IMG/VR virus record: IMGVR_UViG_3300028283_000231
Strand: one strand, 5' to 3'
Length of the DNA: 64,000 nt
From: a virus
Taxonomy: Duplodnaviria; Caudoviricetes
The notes under the pieces: generated by a model
Database searches by the model: none
Seen by the model: the letters and a program-made list of their open reading frames with translations, nothing else
Told to the model about the DNA's origin: nothing
Shown here: positions 5,785 through 15,250 of the stretch, one piece after another
How the letters are laid out: each line of letters starts with the position of its first letter
How positions within the stretch are numbered: position 1 is the first letter of the stretch
Program-made: the position numbers and the translations under genes

Positions 5785-6423
5785 ATGAATTTCACAATAT
5801 ATGGATTGAAGGAGAAGGGCAATGATGAAATCAAATATATTGGTTTAACAACATCTAAATTAAGCATTAGATTCAGTAAACATTTAAGTGATAAAAAGGT
5901 TGATCATAAAACCAATTGGATAAAAAAAATTGGCAAGGATAATGTTGAAATTGTTGTTATAGAAGATGAAATATCAGATATAGATACATTACATGAAAAA
6001 GAGATATTTTATATTAATAAATATAAAAAGGAAGGCCATAATTTAACTAATATAACTAATGGTGGAGAAGGCTGGTATAATATGGTTTTCTCAGATGAAC
6101 ACAAAAAAAATATTAGTTTAAATCATGCTGATGTAAGTGGAGAAAATAATCCCATGTTTGGTAAAGAACACACTATTAATGTGAAAAATAAAATAAGGGA
6201 TTTTAGATTGAATTATAAAATTTCAGATGAAACAAAAGAAAAAATGAAGTGTAGTAAATTAGGTGAAAAAAATACTAATGTTAAATTAACATCCGATGAT
6301 GTATTGAAAATAAGACAATACGTTAATGAATACACACAAAAGGAATTAGCATCTATGTTTAATGTTAAACCTGGGGCAATTAGTAAGATAATAAATCACA
6401 CTACTTGGAAACATTTAAAATGA
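5785..6423 (+). CDS. GIY-YIG homing endonuclease with NUMOD3 and HTH
   Basis: IYGL...KYIGLT...R...H, LTNITNGGEG, GENNPMFGK, C-terminal HTH. Confidence 0.88.
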   Translation: MNFTIYGLKEKGNDEIKYIGLTTSKLSIRFSKHLSDKKVDHKTNWIKKIGKDNVEIVVIEDEISDIDTLHEKEIFYINKYKKEGHNLTNITNGGEGWYNMVFSDEHKKNISLNHADVSGENNPMFGKEHTINVKNKIRDFRLNYKISDETKEKMKCSKLGEKNTNVKLTSDDVLKIRQYVNEYTQKELASMFNVKPGAISKIINHTTWKHLK

Positions 6424-6962
6424 ATTATATGAGTTATTTTGATAATTTCGTTTTGGCGCCTTATATTTTAAAAGCGACAGCTCTTATAGGGGTTCATCGT
6501 AAATGTGGCGGAAATCAATTTCGTCATCAATTCGCAACACTTGGAATCTTATTAGACTATAAATATTTCAATGATTCGGTTCTTTTAAAAGCCGCGTTGT
6601 TGCATGATATTATAGAGGACGTTGTCGATTCAGAAATGGATGCTATTCGTTCTTTAGATGGTGACGGACAAGCAGTTATAAACTTAGTACAAGAAGTATC
6701 TAAAAGTAAGGAGGAGACTAAGGCTGATTATCTTAAAAGAATTTTGGAAACTGGTTCGGATAGGGCTAAGATTTTGAAATGTGCAGATAGAATCAGTAAT
6801 CTTACTGATATGCACTTAGATACACATACATCAGGTAAGATAGCACAATATCTTGATCAGACTGAGCGGTATATTATTCCAATGGCTCTTTCTATTTCTA
6901 ATCTTGATTTTGTAAGGGAATTAGCAGATTTAATTATTCAGAGAAGATTATTAATTGCGTGA
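6420..6962 (+). CDS. HD-domain hydrolase, Mesh1/SpoT-like small alarmone hydrolase
   Basis: H..R..G...F.H, AALLHDIIED, KCADRISNL; ATGA overlap with upstream gene. Confidence 0.8.
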   Translation: MNYMSYFDNFVLAPYILKATALIGVHRKCGGNQFRHQFATLGILLDYKYFNDSVLLKAALLHDIIEDVVDSEMDAIRSLDGDGQAVINLVQEVSKSKEETKADYLKRILETGSDRAKILKCADRISNLTDMHLDTHTSGKIAQYLDQTERYIIPMALSISNLDFVRELADLIIQRRLLIA

Positions 6963-7230
6963 AATGGACAACACGGTTGAAGTAGCAAAAGATTTCATTA
7001 AGGATATTGATGAAATTATAGAAGAAGGTTGGTCGGAAGACAGGGATTATCTAGCCGAACAATTTGTTAAATATGCTAGTTTAATTGATAATAAAATGAT
7101 AACTAAAGATTGTCAGGCGTTAGATTTTAAAAATTGTGAATACTGGCAAAATACATTATACGGTTGTTCTAGCTGTTATCATTGGCATAAATTCGAAACG
7201 AATTCAAAATTTAATTATAATATAACTTGA
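6955..7230 (+). CDS. Hypothetical protein
   Basis: ORF track, tightly packed in operon. Confidence 0.5.
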   Translation: MREMDNTVEVAKDFIKDIDEIIEEGWSEDRDYLAEQFVKYASLIDNKMITKDCQALDFKNCEYWQNTLYGCSSCYHWHKFETNSKFNYNIT

Positions 7231-7562
7231 ACACAACTCTTTATAGACCAGTAAATAAAGCAGAATTGGATCTTATCATAGCAAGCGATTGGACCCAATT
7301 TCCACCACGTTTACCCGAGCAACCAATATTCTATCCAGTTCTTAGTTTAAGTTACGCTAAGAAAATAAACGAATGGAACGTAAACGCTTACGGTGAAGGG
7401 TTTATAGTGGAATTTCAAATTGATAATATGTATTTAGTTATACATAATATTGATGTTCATAATGTTGGAGATAAAGACGATAATGAATTTTGGATAAGAG
7501 CAGATCAATTAGATTCTTTCAATAAAAATATAGTAGGAAAAATAAAATTATGTATTACATAG
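7227..7562 (+). CDS. Small protein of the family annotated ADP-ribosylation/crystallin J1-associated
   Basis: TLYRPV...EL.LI..S.W..FPPRLPEQPIFYPVL, recognised family pattern. Confidence 0.65.
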   Translation: MNTTLYRPVNKAELDLIIASDWTQFPPRLPEQPIFYPVLSLSYAKKINEWNVNAYGEGFIVEFQIDNMYLVIHNIDVHNVGDKDDNEFWIRADQLDSFNKNIVGKIKLCIT

Positions 7563-8344
7563 TACAAGAAAGATTATACAGAGAAGACGAGTGGGACGAT
7601 CTTATTCACGCACTGGAAAGATTCAATCTTAATTACGAGATTGTTAAACTTATTCCATTCGTTGACGATTTTGAATTTGAGACAAAAGAAAAAAATGTCT
7701 TTTGTTTTGGTGCGCTTAAGATGGCAAGACTTGCTCCAAAGTACGGTTGGTATCCTGGAATTCTTATGACGCCTAATCACGATTTTAATGTTTATAAAGA
7801 ATATTACAAAGAAAACTTATTGAATTATGACTCAAAAATATACAGAATATCCGAAGATTTTGAATGGAACGGTGATTTCTTTGTTAGGCCTGTATTGGAC
7901 ACTAAGATTTTTAATGGAAGACCTTATGCCATGCAAGACTGGAAAAAAGAAAGCAATCGTCTCTTGTGTAACTCCAAAAGTGATAAGGATAATGGAATAA
8001 CCAACATAGTTAGCGAAGACACTCTTATACAAGTTAGTAGTCTTAAAAATATTCAAAAAGAATTTAGATTCTATATCGTTGATGGTAAGATAGCTACAGC
8101 GAGCCTTTATAAAGAAGGATATTTTGTGAGGTATAGTGATATAGTTGATCAAGGGGCTATAGATTATTGTAACGAGATGATAAAAGTGTTTCAGTTGGCT
8201 GACGCTTTTGTAATGGATATTTGTTTGACTGACGATGAGTGGAAGATAATTGAGTGTGGTTGCCTTTCGTGCGCTGGTCTCTACAAAGCTAACATACCTA
8301 AACTTCTAATGGCATTAGAAGATAAATTTAACATTGAGATATAA
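7550..8344 (+). CDS. ATP-grasp protein (DUF4343/R2K-like)
   Basis: FFVRP..DTK.FNG, EFRFYIVDGKI, FVMDIC, IIECGC.SCAGLY. Confidence 0.75.
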   Translation: MYYIVQERLYREDEWDDLIHALERFNLNYEIVKLIPFVDDFEFETKEKNVFCFGALKMARLAPKYGWYPGILMTPNHDFNVYKEYYKENLLNYDSKIYRISEDFEWNGDFFVRPVLDTKIFNGRPYAMQDWKKESNRLLCNSKSDKDNGITNIVSEDTLIQVSSLKNIQKEFRFYIVDGKIATASLYKEGYFVRYSDIVDQGAIDYCNEMIKVFQLADAFVMDICLTDDEWKIIECGCLSCAGLYKANIPKLLMALEDKFNIEI

Positions 8345-9144
8345 TCTTCTTCTAATCTTTTATTTTTAGAAGAATTAGTGGATCTTGTTGTTATACATAA
8401 GTTATCGATGGATGATATAATTGATGGTAATATACCGTTATCAAATCCATGTTTTATGGATATTTTATGATCTATTGTTGGATATTTTTTATCATTACTA
8501 TTTAAGATTAAATCGTTTTTAATATATTCACCAGTGTAATGATCGAATCCGTCCCATTTATCAAAAACCTGATTAGCAATTAGTAAGGTATATTTATTAA
8601 CTAATAATTCATATTTATGATAATCGCTTCTTTCTTCACGAGAAGACCATCTCTTACTTACAACATTAGATATATACATTTTTTCTTTAACTTCTTCACT
8701 CATAGTTGGATACGGGACATTTAATTTTTCCATACACGTATTCACTTTTTTCAGCTTTATATCTGGTCTTTGAGATGGATGTTCAAATCCATATTTTTTC
8801 AAATTTGTAATTTTAAATTTATTTTTACCTATTTCTGATTGTATTGAAACCTCGGTTCCATAATTTTTTAAGCAAGTTTGTTTACTCTTATCGTTTGAAC
8901 ATTTTTGGGAACAGGAATAATAACCATAGTTATTTACACTTTTCATATATTCTCTATATTGTAATATTTTAATTTTTTCACAAACATCACATTTAACTGT
9001 TATTTTAACAGGACTGCCTGATATTAAATCATTTATATTAACAATAAAAATATCATACATTTTTGTAAAAATATAACCTTTATCAACATAATATTTTTTA
9101 TTGTTACTGTTCCAAGTCATTTTAACTTCTTTATCTAAAATCAT
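8281..9144 (-). CDS. Putative HNH-type homing endonuclease with Zn ribbon
   Basis: CDVC...CSQKC, KYG repeats, TIDHKISIKHGF...NLCITTRSTNSSK. Confidence 0.7.
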   Translation of the reverse strand: MILDKEVKMTWNSNNKKYYVDKGYIFTKMYDIFIVNINDLISGSPVKITVKCDVCEKIKILQYREYMKSVNNYGYYSCSQKCSNDKSKQTCLKNYGTEVSIQSEIGKNKFKITNLKKYGFEHPSQRPDIKLKKVNTCMEKLNVPYPTMSEEVKEKMYISNVVSKRWSSREERSDYHKYELLVNKYTLLIANQVFDKWDGFDHYTGEYIKNDLILNSNDKKYPTIDHKISIKHGFDNGILPSIISSIDNLCITTRSTNSSKNKRLEEDYISMLNLSSNAIRSLGMLAL

Positions 9145-9308
9145 AATATATAAAATTCTTTTTCATTTATAACATCATTCTTAATAAGATCTGTATATAT
9201 TAAATGTTCAATATATTTAGATTTATTTTGAAAATTATCTTCCAAGTATGTCTTTATCTTATCATCTAATGTTATTGATATTTTAACTCTTGATTTTACT
9301 TTTTTCAT
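9141..9308 (-). CDS. Ribbon-helix-helix DNA-binding protein (missed by ORF track)
   Basis: MKKVKSRVKISITLDDKIKTYLEDNFQNKSKYIEHLI; stop overlaps the HNH start (ATGA). Confidence 0.65.
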   Translation of the reverse strand: MKKVKSRVKISITLDDKIKTYLEDNFQNKSKYIEHLIYTDLIKNDVINEKEFYIL

Positions 9309-9389
9309 ATTAATAGGGTTTTAATAGTATATATTAATAAAATAAAGTCATATTTTTCTATTTTGGTTTTTTTATTCAAAATAAATTAG

Positions 9390-9397
9390 TAAATTTG
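9390..9397 (+). promoter_or_regulatory. Bacteroidota -7 element (TAAATTTG)
   Basis: 20 nt upstream of the RHH-clpB operon. Confidence 0.5.
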
Positions 9398-9417
9398 TAA
9401 TTCAAAAAAAAATAGTT

Positions 9418-9582
9418 ATGGGAAGACCTAAAGTTAAAGACAAGAAAGTATCTATATCTGTTACTATTAACGAAAAACTTAATCAGGAACTAGACAAGTT
9501 TCTGGTTGAGAATAATTTAAGTAAATCGGAGTATATAGAATATCTAATCAAGAAAAACAATCCTAATTTAGATCAGAAATAA
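9418..9582 (+). CDS. Ribbon-helix-helix (CopG/Arc-like) protein (missed by ORF track)
   Basis: MGRPKVKDKKVSISVTINEKLNQELDKFLVENNLSKSEYIEYLI. Confidence 0.75.
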   Translation: MGRPKVKDKKVSISVTINEKLNQELDKFLVENNLSKSEYIEYLIKKNNPNLDQK

Positions 9583-10284
9583 ATGGATTTTACAAAGTTT
9601 ACAGTTAAAGCAAAAACCGCAATCCAAAAGGCTAGAGAGATTGCCCAAGTCAAAGGACATAAATCTATTGAAACTTCACATATTCTTAAAGGGATTATGT
9701 TAGTTGACGATAATGTTGCTCCTTACATTCTTAAAAAGATGAATGTTGACGTTGACCTTCTTATGAAGATCGTTGATAATATTATAAAATATTATCCAAG
9801 AGATCTCATTAGTAGAGAACACTTGTCACCTTACTCAAATCAGGCATTAGATAGAGCTATCACTTATTCTCTTGAATATGGTGATGAGTTTGTTTCTGTT
9901 GAACATATTCTTATGGGTATTCTTGGTGGAACAGACGTTTTAGCTAAAGAGTTTGTAAAAGAAGGTATTACAATAGAAGGGATTAAATCTGGTTTAGAAG
10001 ATATTAGAAAAGGTGTTAAAATCACTTCTCCAGAAGCTGATATAGCAATCAACGCCACAAATAAATATACTAGAAATCTTAATGAATTGGTAAAAGCAGG
10101 CAAACTTGACCCAGTTATCGGAAGAGACGACGAAATTAAAAGAATTCTTCAAATTCTTTCAAGGAGAACAAAAAATAATCCACTTATCATAGGTGAATCG
10201 GGATGTGTAGACGGTGATACTATTATTACTATTAGAAAAATTTCAAATGATACTACACATGAAAATATAGAAATAGACTATTAA
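9583..10284 (+). CDS. clpB: ClpB-like ATPase, N-terminal fragment fused to split-intein N part
   Basis: Clp_N repeats, KLDPVIGRDDEIKRILQILSRRTKNNPLIIGESG then CVDGDT... Confidence 0.92.
   Translation: MDFTKFTVKAKTAIQKAREIAQVKGHKSIETSHILKGIMLVDDNVAPYILKKMNVDVDLLMKIVDNIIKYYPRDLISREHLSPYSNQALDRAITYSLEYGDEFVSVEHILMGILGGTDVLAKEFVKEGITIEGIKSGLEDIRKGVKITSPEADIAINATNKYTRNLNELVKAGKLDPVIGRDDEIKRILQILSRRTKNNPLIIGESGCVDGDTIITIRKISNDTTHENIEIDY
10204..10281 (+). mobile_element. Split intein N fragment, only 26 aa
   Basis: Block A CVDGDTII directly after the Walker A half GESG, stop after 26 residues. Confidence 0.85.
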
Positions 10285-10341
10285 ATTTTTATATATAACT
10301 TTATCAGGGACAGGAAAAAACCTAACCCTGATGAACTAAAT

Positions 10342-11511
10342 ATGGAAATAAATATAAAAGGTAAACAAAAATTAATATTATCTGATTTTATTGAATTTTA
10401 CGATTATGTTATTAATAATATAATTTTTGAATTGAAATTTGATAAAGATAAAAAATTAGAGCGTTTTTATGAAAATAATAATTATATAAATGGAATAAAA
10501 TTATTTAGATTGAAAATAAGATCTATGTATTATAATTTAACAACATTAAAAATTGATTATTGGTTAAGTAGAGGATGGTCATATGATGAATCTGTAAACA
10601 GAATAAAAGAAATACAATCTATTAGAAGTAATATTTCTAAAGAAAAAATGTTAACATTAAAAGAAATAGATTATAAAAAATGGTGTGAAACGCGTAACAC
10701 AAGGAAAGAATTTTATATGAAGAAGGGGTTAACAGAAGAAGAATCTGTAGATCTTTTAAAAGATAGACAAAAAACATTTTCAATAGAATCCTGTATAATT
10801 AAATATGGCGATAATGGATATGATGTGTGGAAGAATAGGCAAATTAAATGGTATAGTAAAATAAAGAATATAGATTGTGATAGAGATTCAAATTCATCTG
10901 ATTTCTATAAAAATAAATATGGTGATAATTGGATTTTTAAAGCAATTGATGATTGTTCTTTTTTAAATAAAGATTTAATTAAAAATATTATTCAAAAAAC
11001 GAATAATGATTTTGTGTTTTTCATTAAAGAATTAGATGAAAGAATAGAAATAGTAGCTTTAAACGACATTTATTTCATATTTAATTCAAAACTATTGCAA
11101 AATTATTTTGGTAAAAATAAAGAAGAATTAACTGAAATAATATTAGGCACATTAAATATAAACATAAAAGGATTTGGAAATATAAGATATTTCAACAGAC
11201 ATATATGTAGAAGTAATGGAGAATATTATATAGCTAAAAAATTAAAAGAACTTAACATAGATTATGTTTATGAGAAAAAATATCCAAATTCAAAATATGT
11301 CTGTGATTTTTATATACCAATTTTAAATCTTTACGTTGAATATATGGGTATGCTAAAAAGTAATTATATACAAGAAAATCGTCTTGACATATATTTAAAA
11401 TATAAAACTAGATATGATGATAAAGAGAAATTTTGTAAAGATAATAATATAAAATATTTATTTAATAATAATATGGTGGAAATAATAAAAAAAATAACAA
11501 ATGGAAATTAA
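10342..11511 (+). CDS. Free-standing homing endonuclease (PD-(D/E)xK/Vsr-like C terminus) between the split-intein halves
   Basis: SNGEYYIAKKL...YVYEK...CDFYIPILNLYVEYMG; N-terminal W.SRG/KYG repeats. Confidence 0.78.
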   Translation: MEINIKGKQKLILSDFIEFYDYVINNIIFELKFDKDKKLERFYENNNYINGIKLFRLKIRSMYYNLTTLKIDYWLSRGWSYDESVNRIKEIQSIRSNISKEKMLTLKEIDYKKWCETRNTRKEFYMKKGLTEEESVDLLKDRQKTFSIESCIIKYGDNGYDVWKNRQIKWYSKIKNIDCDRDSNSSDFYKNKYGDNWIFKAIDDCSFLNKDLIKNIIQKTNNDFVFFIKELDERIEIVALNDIYFIFNSKLLQNYFGKNKEELTEIILGTLNINIKGFGNIRYFNRHICRSNGEYYIAKKLKELNIDYVYEKKYPNSKYVCDFYIPILNLYVEYMGMLKSNYIQENRLDIYLKYKTRYDDKEKFCKDNNIKYLFNNNMVEIIKKITNGN

Positions 11512-11911
11512 AATTGAAGATTTTTATAATTTAATTAAAAATGATGGTGGCACTTTTGAAGTACTAACGCCAGATGGATTTAAATTAATTGGATATGTTT
11601 ATAAAAAAAATAATAAACAAATATATTCAATAAAATTAGAAAATGGTTTAATCTTGAAAGGTTCAAATGATCATCTAGTTAAAATATATACGTATAATAT
11701 TGAAGAAAACAATATTAACCCTAATATAGAAATATTAGATAACGATACATGGATTAGATTTTCTAATATTAAATATAATGATATAATATGCACTAAAATT
11801 GGAGAATTCAGTGTAGTTAAAATTGACAAGTTAAATAAAAATATAACATATGATTTAGAAGTATTGGATGATAGACACCAATATTATTCTAATGATATAA
11901 TTTCTCACAAT
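11501..11911 (+). mobile_element. Split intein C fragment, 137 aa
   Basis: Block B-like GSNDH, block F YDLEV, terminal HN followed by Thr +1. Confidence 0.85.
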
Positions 11912-13525
11912 ACTGGTAAAACTGCTGTAGCACTTGGTATAGCACACAAGATTGTTAGTGGTGACGTTCCAGATAGTCTGAAAACTAAACAAATCTATTC
12001 ACTTGACCTCACAAATATTGTATCTGGGGCTAAATATAAAGGTGAATTCGAAGAAAGACTTAAAGGCGTCTTTAACGAAATTATCGCATCCAACGGTGAG
12101 ATCATTCTTTTCATTGATGAGATTCATAACCTCATTGGAACTAACGGGGGTGAAGGTTCAATGGATGGTGCTGATATTCTTAAACCCATATTATCAAGGG
12201 GTGAGATGTTAGTTATTGGTGCTACTACTACAAAGGAGTATCATAAATATTTTGAACAAGATAAATCATTTGAGCGTAGATTTCAAACTGTTACCATTGA
12301 AGAACCAACAGTTGAAGAAGCTATTGCCATCTTAATAGGATTGAAAGGAAAATATGAAACTTTCCACAATGTAACTATTAAAGATGAAGCTGTTGTGGCT
12401 GCAGTAGAACTTTCTAAAAGATATATTTCTAATAGATTTTTACCAGATAAAGCCATTGATATTCTCGATGAGGCCTCTTCTAAATTAAAGTTGGACGCTG
12501 AAGTAAAAGAAAAAGTGGTTGACGCCGATCAAATTGCTATAGTTGTATCGGAAGTAAGTCAAATTCCTGTTAATAAATTAAAAGGCAGTGAAAAGGAAAG
12601 ACTTGTAAATCTTGAAAAAGAATTACATAAAAGGGTTATTGGACAAAATGAAGCCATCAAAGCTGTTTCAGATGCTATACGTAGAAGTAGAACAGGTCTT
12701 CAAGATCCAAAGAAACCCATCGGTTCATTCATATTCCTTGGTACCACAGGGGTTGGAAAAACAGAGCTTGCTAAGGCTCTTGCTGAATTTCTTTTCAATG
12801 ACGAAAATTCTATGGTTAGGATTGATATGTCTGAATACATGGATAAAAGCTCAGCTAGTAAACTTATTGGTTCTGCACCAGGTTACGTTGGTTATGATGA
12901 GGGTGGACAACTCACTGAAGCAGTTAAGAGGAAACCTTATAGTGTAGTTCTCCTTGATGAAATCGAGAAGTCCCACCCAGACGTCTTTAATACACTTTTA
13001 CAGGTATTGGACGACGGTAGATTAACAGACAATAAAGGTTATCTTGTTGATTTCAAGAATACTATTATAGTAATGACTTCAAATCTCGGTTCTAGCATCA
13101 TTCAGTCTAATATGCAAGGAATGACTGATGAGACAAGGGATGAAGTTATTAAGAAAACAAAAGATGAAGTTATCGCGATGTTAAGGAGAACAATTAGACC
13201 AGAACTTCTTAATCGTATTGATGAGACTATTGTATTCCAACCTCTTACAAAATCTGAAATTCTTGATATTGTTAAGATGCAGTTTAATGGTATAAAGAAG
13301 ATGTTAAAGAAGAATGGTGTGGATATGACGGCATCTGATGAAGCTTTAAAACAGATTGCTGAGTGGGGATATGATCCTCAGTTTGGTGCAAGACCTGTTA
13401 AGAGGGTAATTCAGGAAAAAGTTATCAATGTACTTTCTGGTTTAATGTTGGAAGATAAGGTATCGAAAGATAATGCAATATTTATTGATGTAAAGGACGG
13501 TCAGTTATTATTTATAAATAAATAG
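11501..13525 (+). CDS. clpB: Split-intein C part fused to the ClpB-like C-terminal fragment (rest of NBD1 and NBD2)
   Basis: ...YYSNDIISHN/TGKT, LFIDEIH, GTTGVGKTELAK, RIDMSEY, LLDEIEKSHPDV, FGARP. Confidence 0.93.
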   Translation: MEIKIEDFYNLIKNDGGTFEVLTPDGFKLIGYVYKKNNKQIYSIKLENGLILKGSNDHLVKIYTYNIEENNINPNIEILDNDTWIRFSNIKYNDIICTKIGEFSVVKIDKLNKNITYDLEVLDDRHQYYSNDIISHNTGKTAVALGIAHKIVSGDVPDSLKTKQIYSLDLTNIVSGAKYKGEFEERLKGVFNEIIASNGEIILFIDEIHNLIGTNGGEGSMDGADILKPILSRGEMLVIGATTTKEYHKYFEQDKSFERRFQTVTIEEPTVEEAIAILIGLKGKYETFHNVTIKDEAVVAAVELSKRYISNRFLPDKAIDILDEASSKLKLDAEVKEKVVDADQIAIVVSEVSQIPVNKLKGSEKERLVNLEKELHKRVIGQNEAIKAVSDAIRRSRTGLQDPKKPIGSFIFLGTTGVGKTELAKALAEFLFNDENSMVRIDMSEYMDKSSASKLIGSAPGYVGYDEGGQLTEAVKRKPYSVVLLDEIEKSHPDVFNTLLQVLDDGRLTDNKGYLVDFKNTIIVMTSNLGSSIIQSNMQGMTDETRDEVIKKTKDEVIAMLRRTIRPELLNRIDETIVFQPLTKSEILDIVKMQFNGIKKMLKKNGVDMTASDEALKQIAEWGYDPQFGARPVKRVIQEKVINVLSGLMLEDKVSKDNAIFIDVKDGQLLFINK

Positions 13526-13527
13526 AA

Positions 13528-13749
13528 ATGAATTTACTTTGTTTAATATTTGGTCATAAGAAGATTGTAAGAAATTGGTACCCAACTGATCCGATAACAT
13601 CGTTGGGATGTACAAGATGTAGGAAAACTCTTGATCAGAGACCGAATCCTGGTTATATAGCAGATTGGTATTATTCGGGATTAAGGCAAACTTTTAAAAG
13701 GGTATTTTCAGCAAATGATCCATATGGTGAAGAAATATGGGACGAATAA
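13528..13749 (+). CDS. Small hypothetical protein, C..FGH/CxxC, ending in DPYGEEIW
   Basis: ORF track and motif. Confidence 0.6.
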   Translation: MNLLCLIFGHKKIVRNWYPTDPITSLGCTRCRKTLDQRPNPGYIADWYYSGLRQTFKRVFSANDPYGEEIWDE

Positions 13750-13784
13750 GATATTTTAAATTTTTTTATAATTAAATTTTTTAC

Positions 13785-13792
13785 TATATTTG
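13785..13792 (+). promoter_or_regulatory. Bacteroidota -7 element (TATATTTG)
   Basis: 18 nt upstream of the CDF gene. Confidence 0.55.
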
Positions 13793-13810
13793 TAAAAAAT
13801 ATAGAAAAAT

Positions 13811-14728
13811 ATGTCCAATAACAACGGCTCAATGGTAGCAGTATTTTATGCACTGGGTGGTAATGCTCTTATTGCCGCTATCAAATTTACTGCTGCAATA
13901 TTAACAAGTAGTGCTGCTATGATGGCTGAATCTATACATTCAGCAGCAGATACTCTCAATCAAGTATTTCTTTTAATTGGTAATAAAAGATCTCAAAAAG
14001 AACCAACAGAAGCTCATCCATTTGGTCACGAAAGAGAATCTTTCTATTGGGCTTTATTGGTAGCTGGTCTTTTATTTGTTGGAGGTGGTATTTTCTCTAT
14101 ATATGAGGGTATTCATAAGATTTACAATCCTGAACCAATACACAATATATATTTGATATTTGTAATATTATTCGTTTCAATAGGAATTGAAGCCAAATCT
14201 TTCTCTGTTGCTTATAAAGAATTCAAAAAGAAATCAAAAGAAAGTTTCTTTAAGGGTATTAAGAATTCAACCGATACTAATCTAATTGTAGTTTTACTTG
14301 AAGACTTCGCTGCTCTTGCTGGTCTTATTGTTGTTGTGATTACAACAGTATTATCTTTATTTAATCCAATTTTTGACGCTTTTGGTTCGATTTGTGTTGG
14401 ATTATTGTTATTATCCATTTCTCACACTCTGGCTAACGAAATTAGAAAACTCATTGTGGGTGAAAGCATGCCAAGAGAATCAAGAGCTAAGATTAAAGGT
14501 ATAATTCATCAATATGATATAGTTGAACATATTAACGGTGTTAAAACTATGGCTATTGGTAATAATAAATATTTAGTTGTTATATCAGTAGATATCGACG
14601 ATGATGCCACTGGATATGATATTGAAGATCACTTTGAACAAATTAAAATTGATATTTTCAAGGAGTTGCCAGAAGTCAAAGTTATAACTATCGATATTCA
14701 GGATCCAAATAAAAGTACACTAATGTAA
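13811..14728 (+). CDS. Cation diffusion facilitator (CDF) metal transporter
   Basis: S.AMMAESIHS.AD, HPFGH.RE, LLEDFAAL, six TM segments and C-terminal dimerisation domain. Confidence 0.92.
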   Translation: MSNNNGSMVAVFYALGGNALIAAIKFTAAILTSSAAMMAESIHSAADTLNQVFLLIGNKRSQKEPTEAHPFGHERESFYWALLVAGLLFVGGGIFSIYEGIHKIYNPEPIHNIYLIFVILFVSIGIEAKSFSVAYKEFKKKSKESFFKGIKNSTDTNLIVVLLEDFAALAGLIVVVITTVLSLFNPIFDAFGSICVGLLLLSISHTLANEIRKLIVGESMPRESRAKIKGIIHQYDIVEHINGVKTMAIGNNKYLVVISVDIDDDATGYDIEDHFEQIKIDIFKELPEVKVITIDIQDPNKSTLM

Positions 14729-14734
14729 AATAAA

Positions 14735-15058
14735 ATGGAAAACGTAAATTATTTTGACGATAAAATGTCTGATCCTCAGGGACGTGGATACGTTATGTAT
14801 CGTATGTATGACGACGGAGTTCATGTACTTATGGGAAGTCATACTGATTTTGCACATAGGGGTAAAGGAATTTTTAAAACTCTATTTGAAAGGTTCTTAG
14901 AGAATGAGGTTAAATTGGGAGAGATTGTTTATATTGCGCTTATTAATAAAAAAATTCTTCCTTACCTTTTAGGTAAAGGATTTGTTAAAATAAAAGAACC
15001 TATCAGACATTGGGGTAAGGTAGGTAATGGTGTGAATTTGAAATACGTGAAGAAATGA
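14735..15058 (+). CDS. GNAT-like acetyltransferase
   Basis: HRGKGIFKTL acetyl-CoA motif A. Confidence 0.55.
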   Translation: MENVNYFDDKMSDPQGRGYVMYRMYDDGVHVLMGSHTDFAHRGKGIFKTLFERFLENEVKLGEIVYIALINKKILPYLLGKGFVKIKEPIRHWGKVGNGVNLKYVKK

Positions 15059-15246
15059 AGAAAGGTAAAAATGTAGGATTTAATATTCTAGTGGTTGGAG
15101 AATGGATTTGTCCATACTGTCATGAAGTTATAAAGATTGAATATAATACAAGTCCTTATAGGGAAATTGCTGAAGACCCGCCAGATCATAAATGTCCTAT
15201 TTGCAGAGAATATTTCACTTTAGATTTTTATGATAACGAAGAATAG
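15055..15246 (+). CDS. Small double-CxxC Zn-ribbon protein
   Basis: CPYC...CPIC. Confidence 0.6.
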   Translation: MKKGKNVGFNILVVGEWICPYCHEVIKIEYNTSPYREIAEDPPDHKCPICREYFTLDFYDNEE

Positions 15247-15250
15247 ATAA

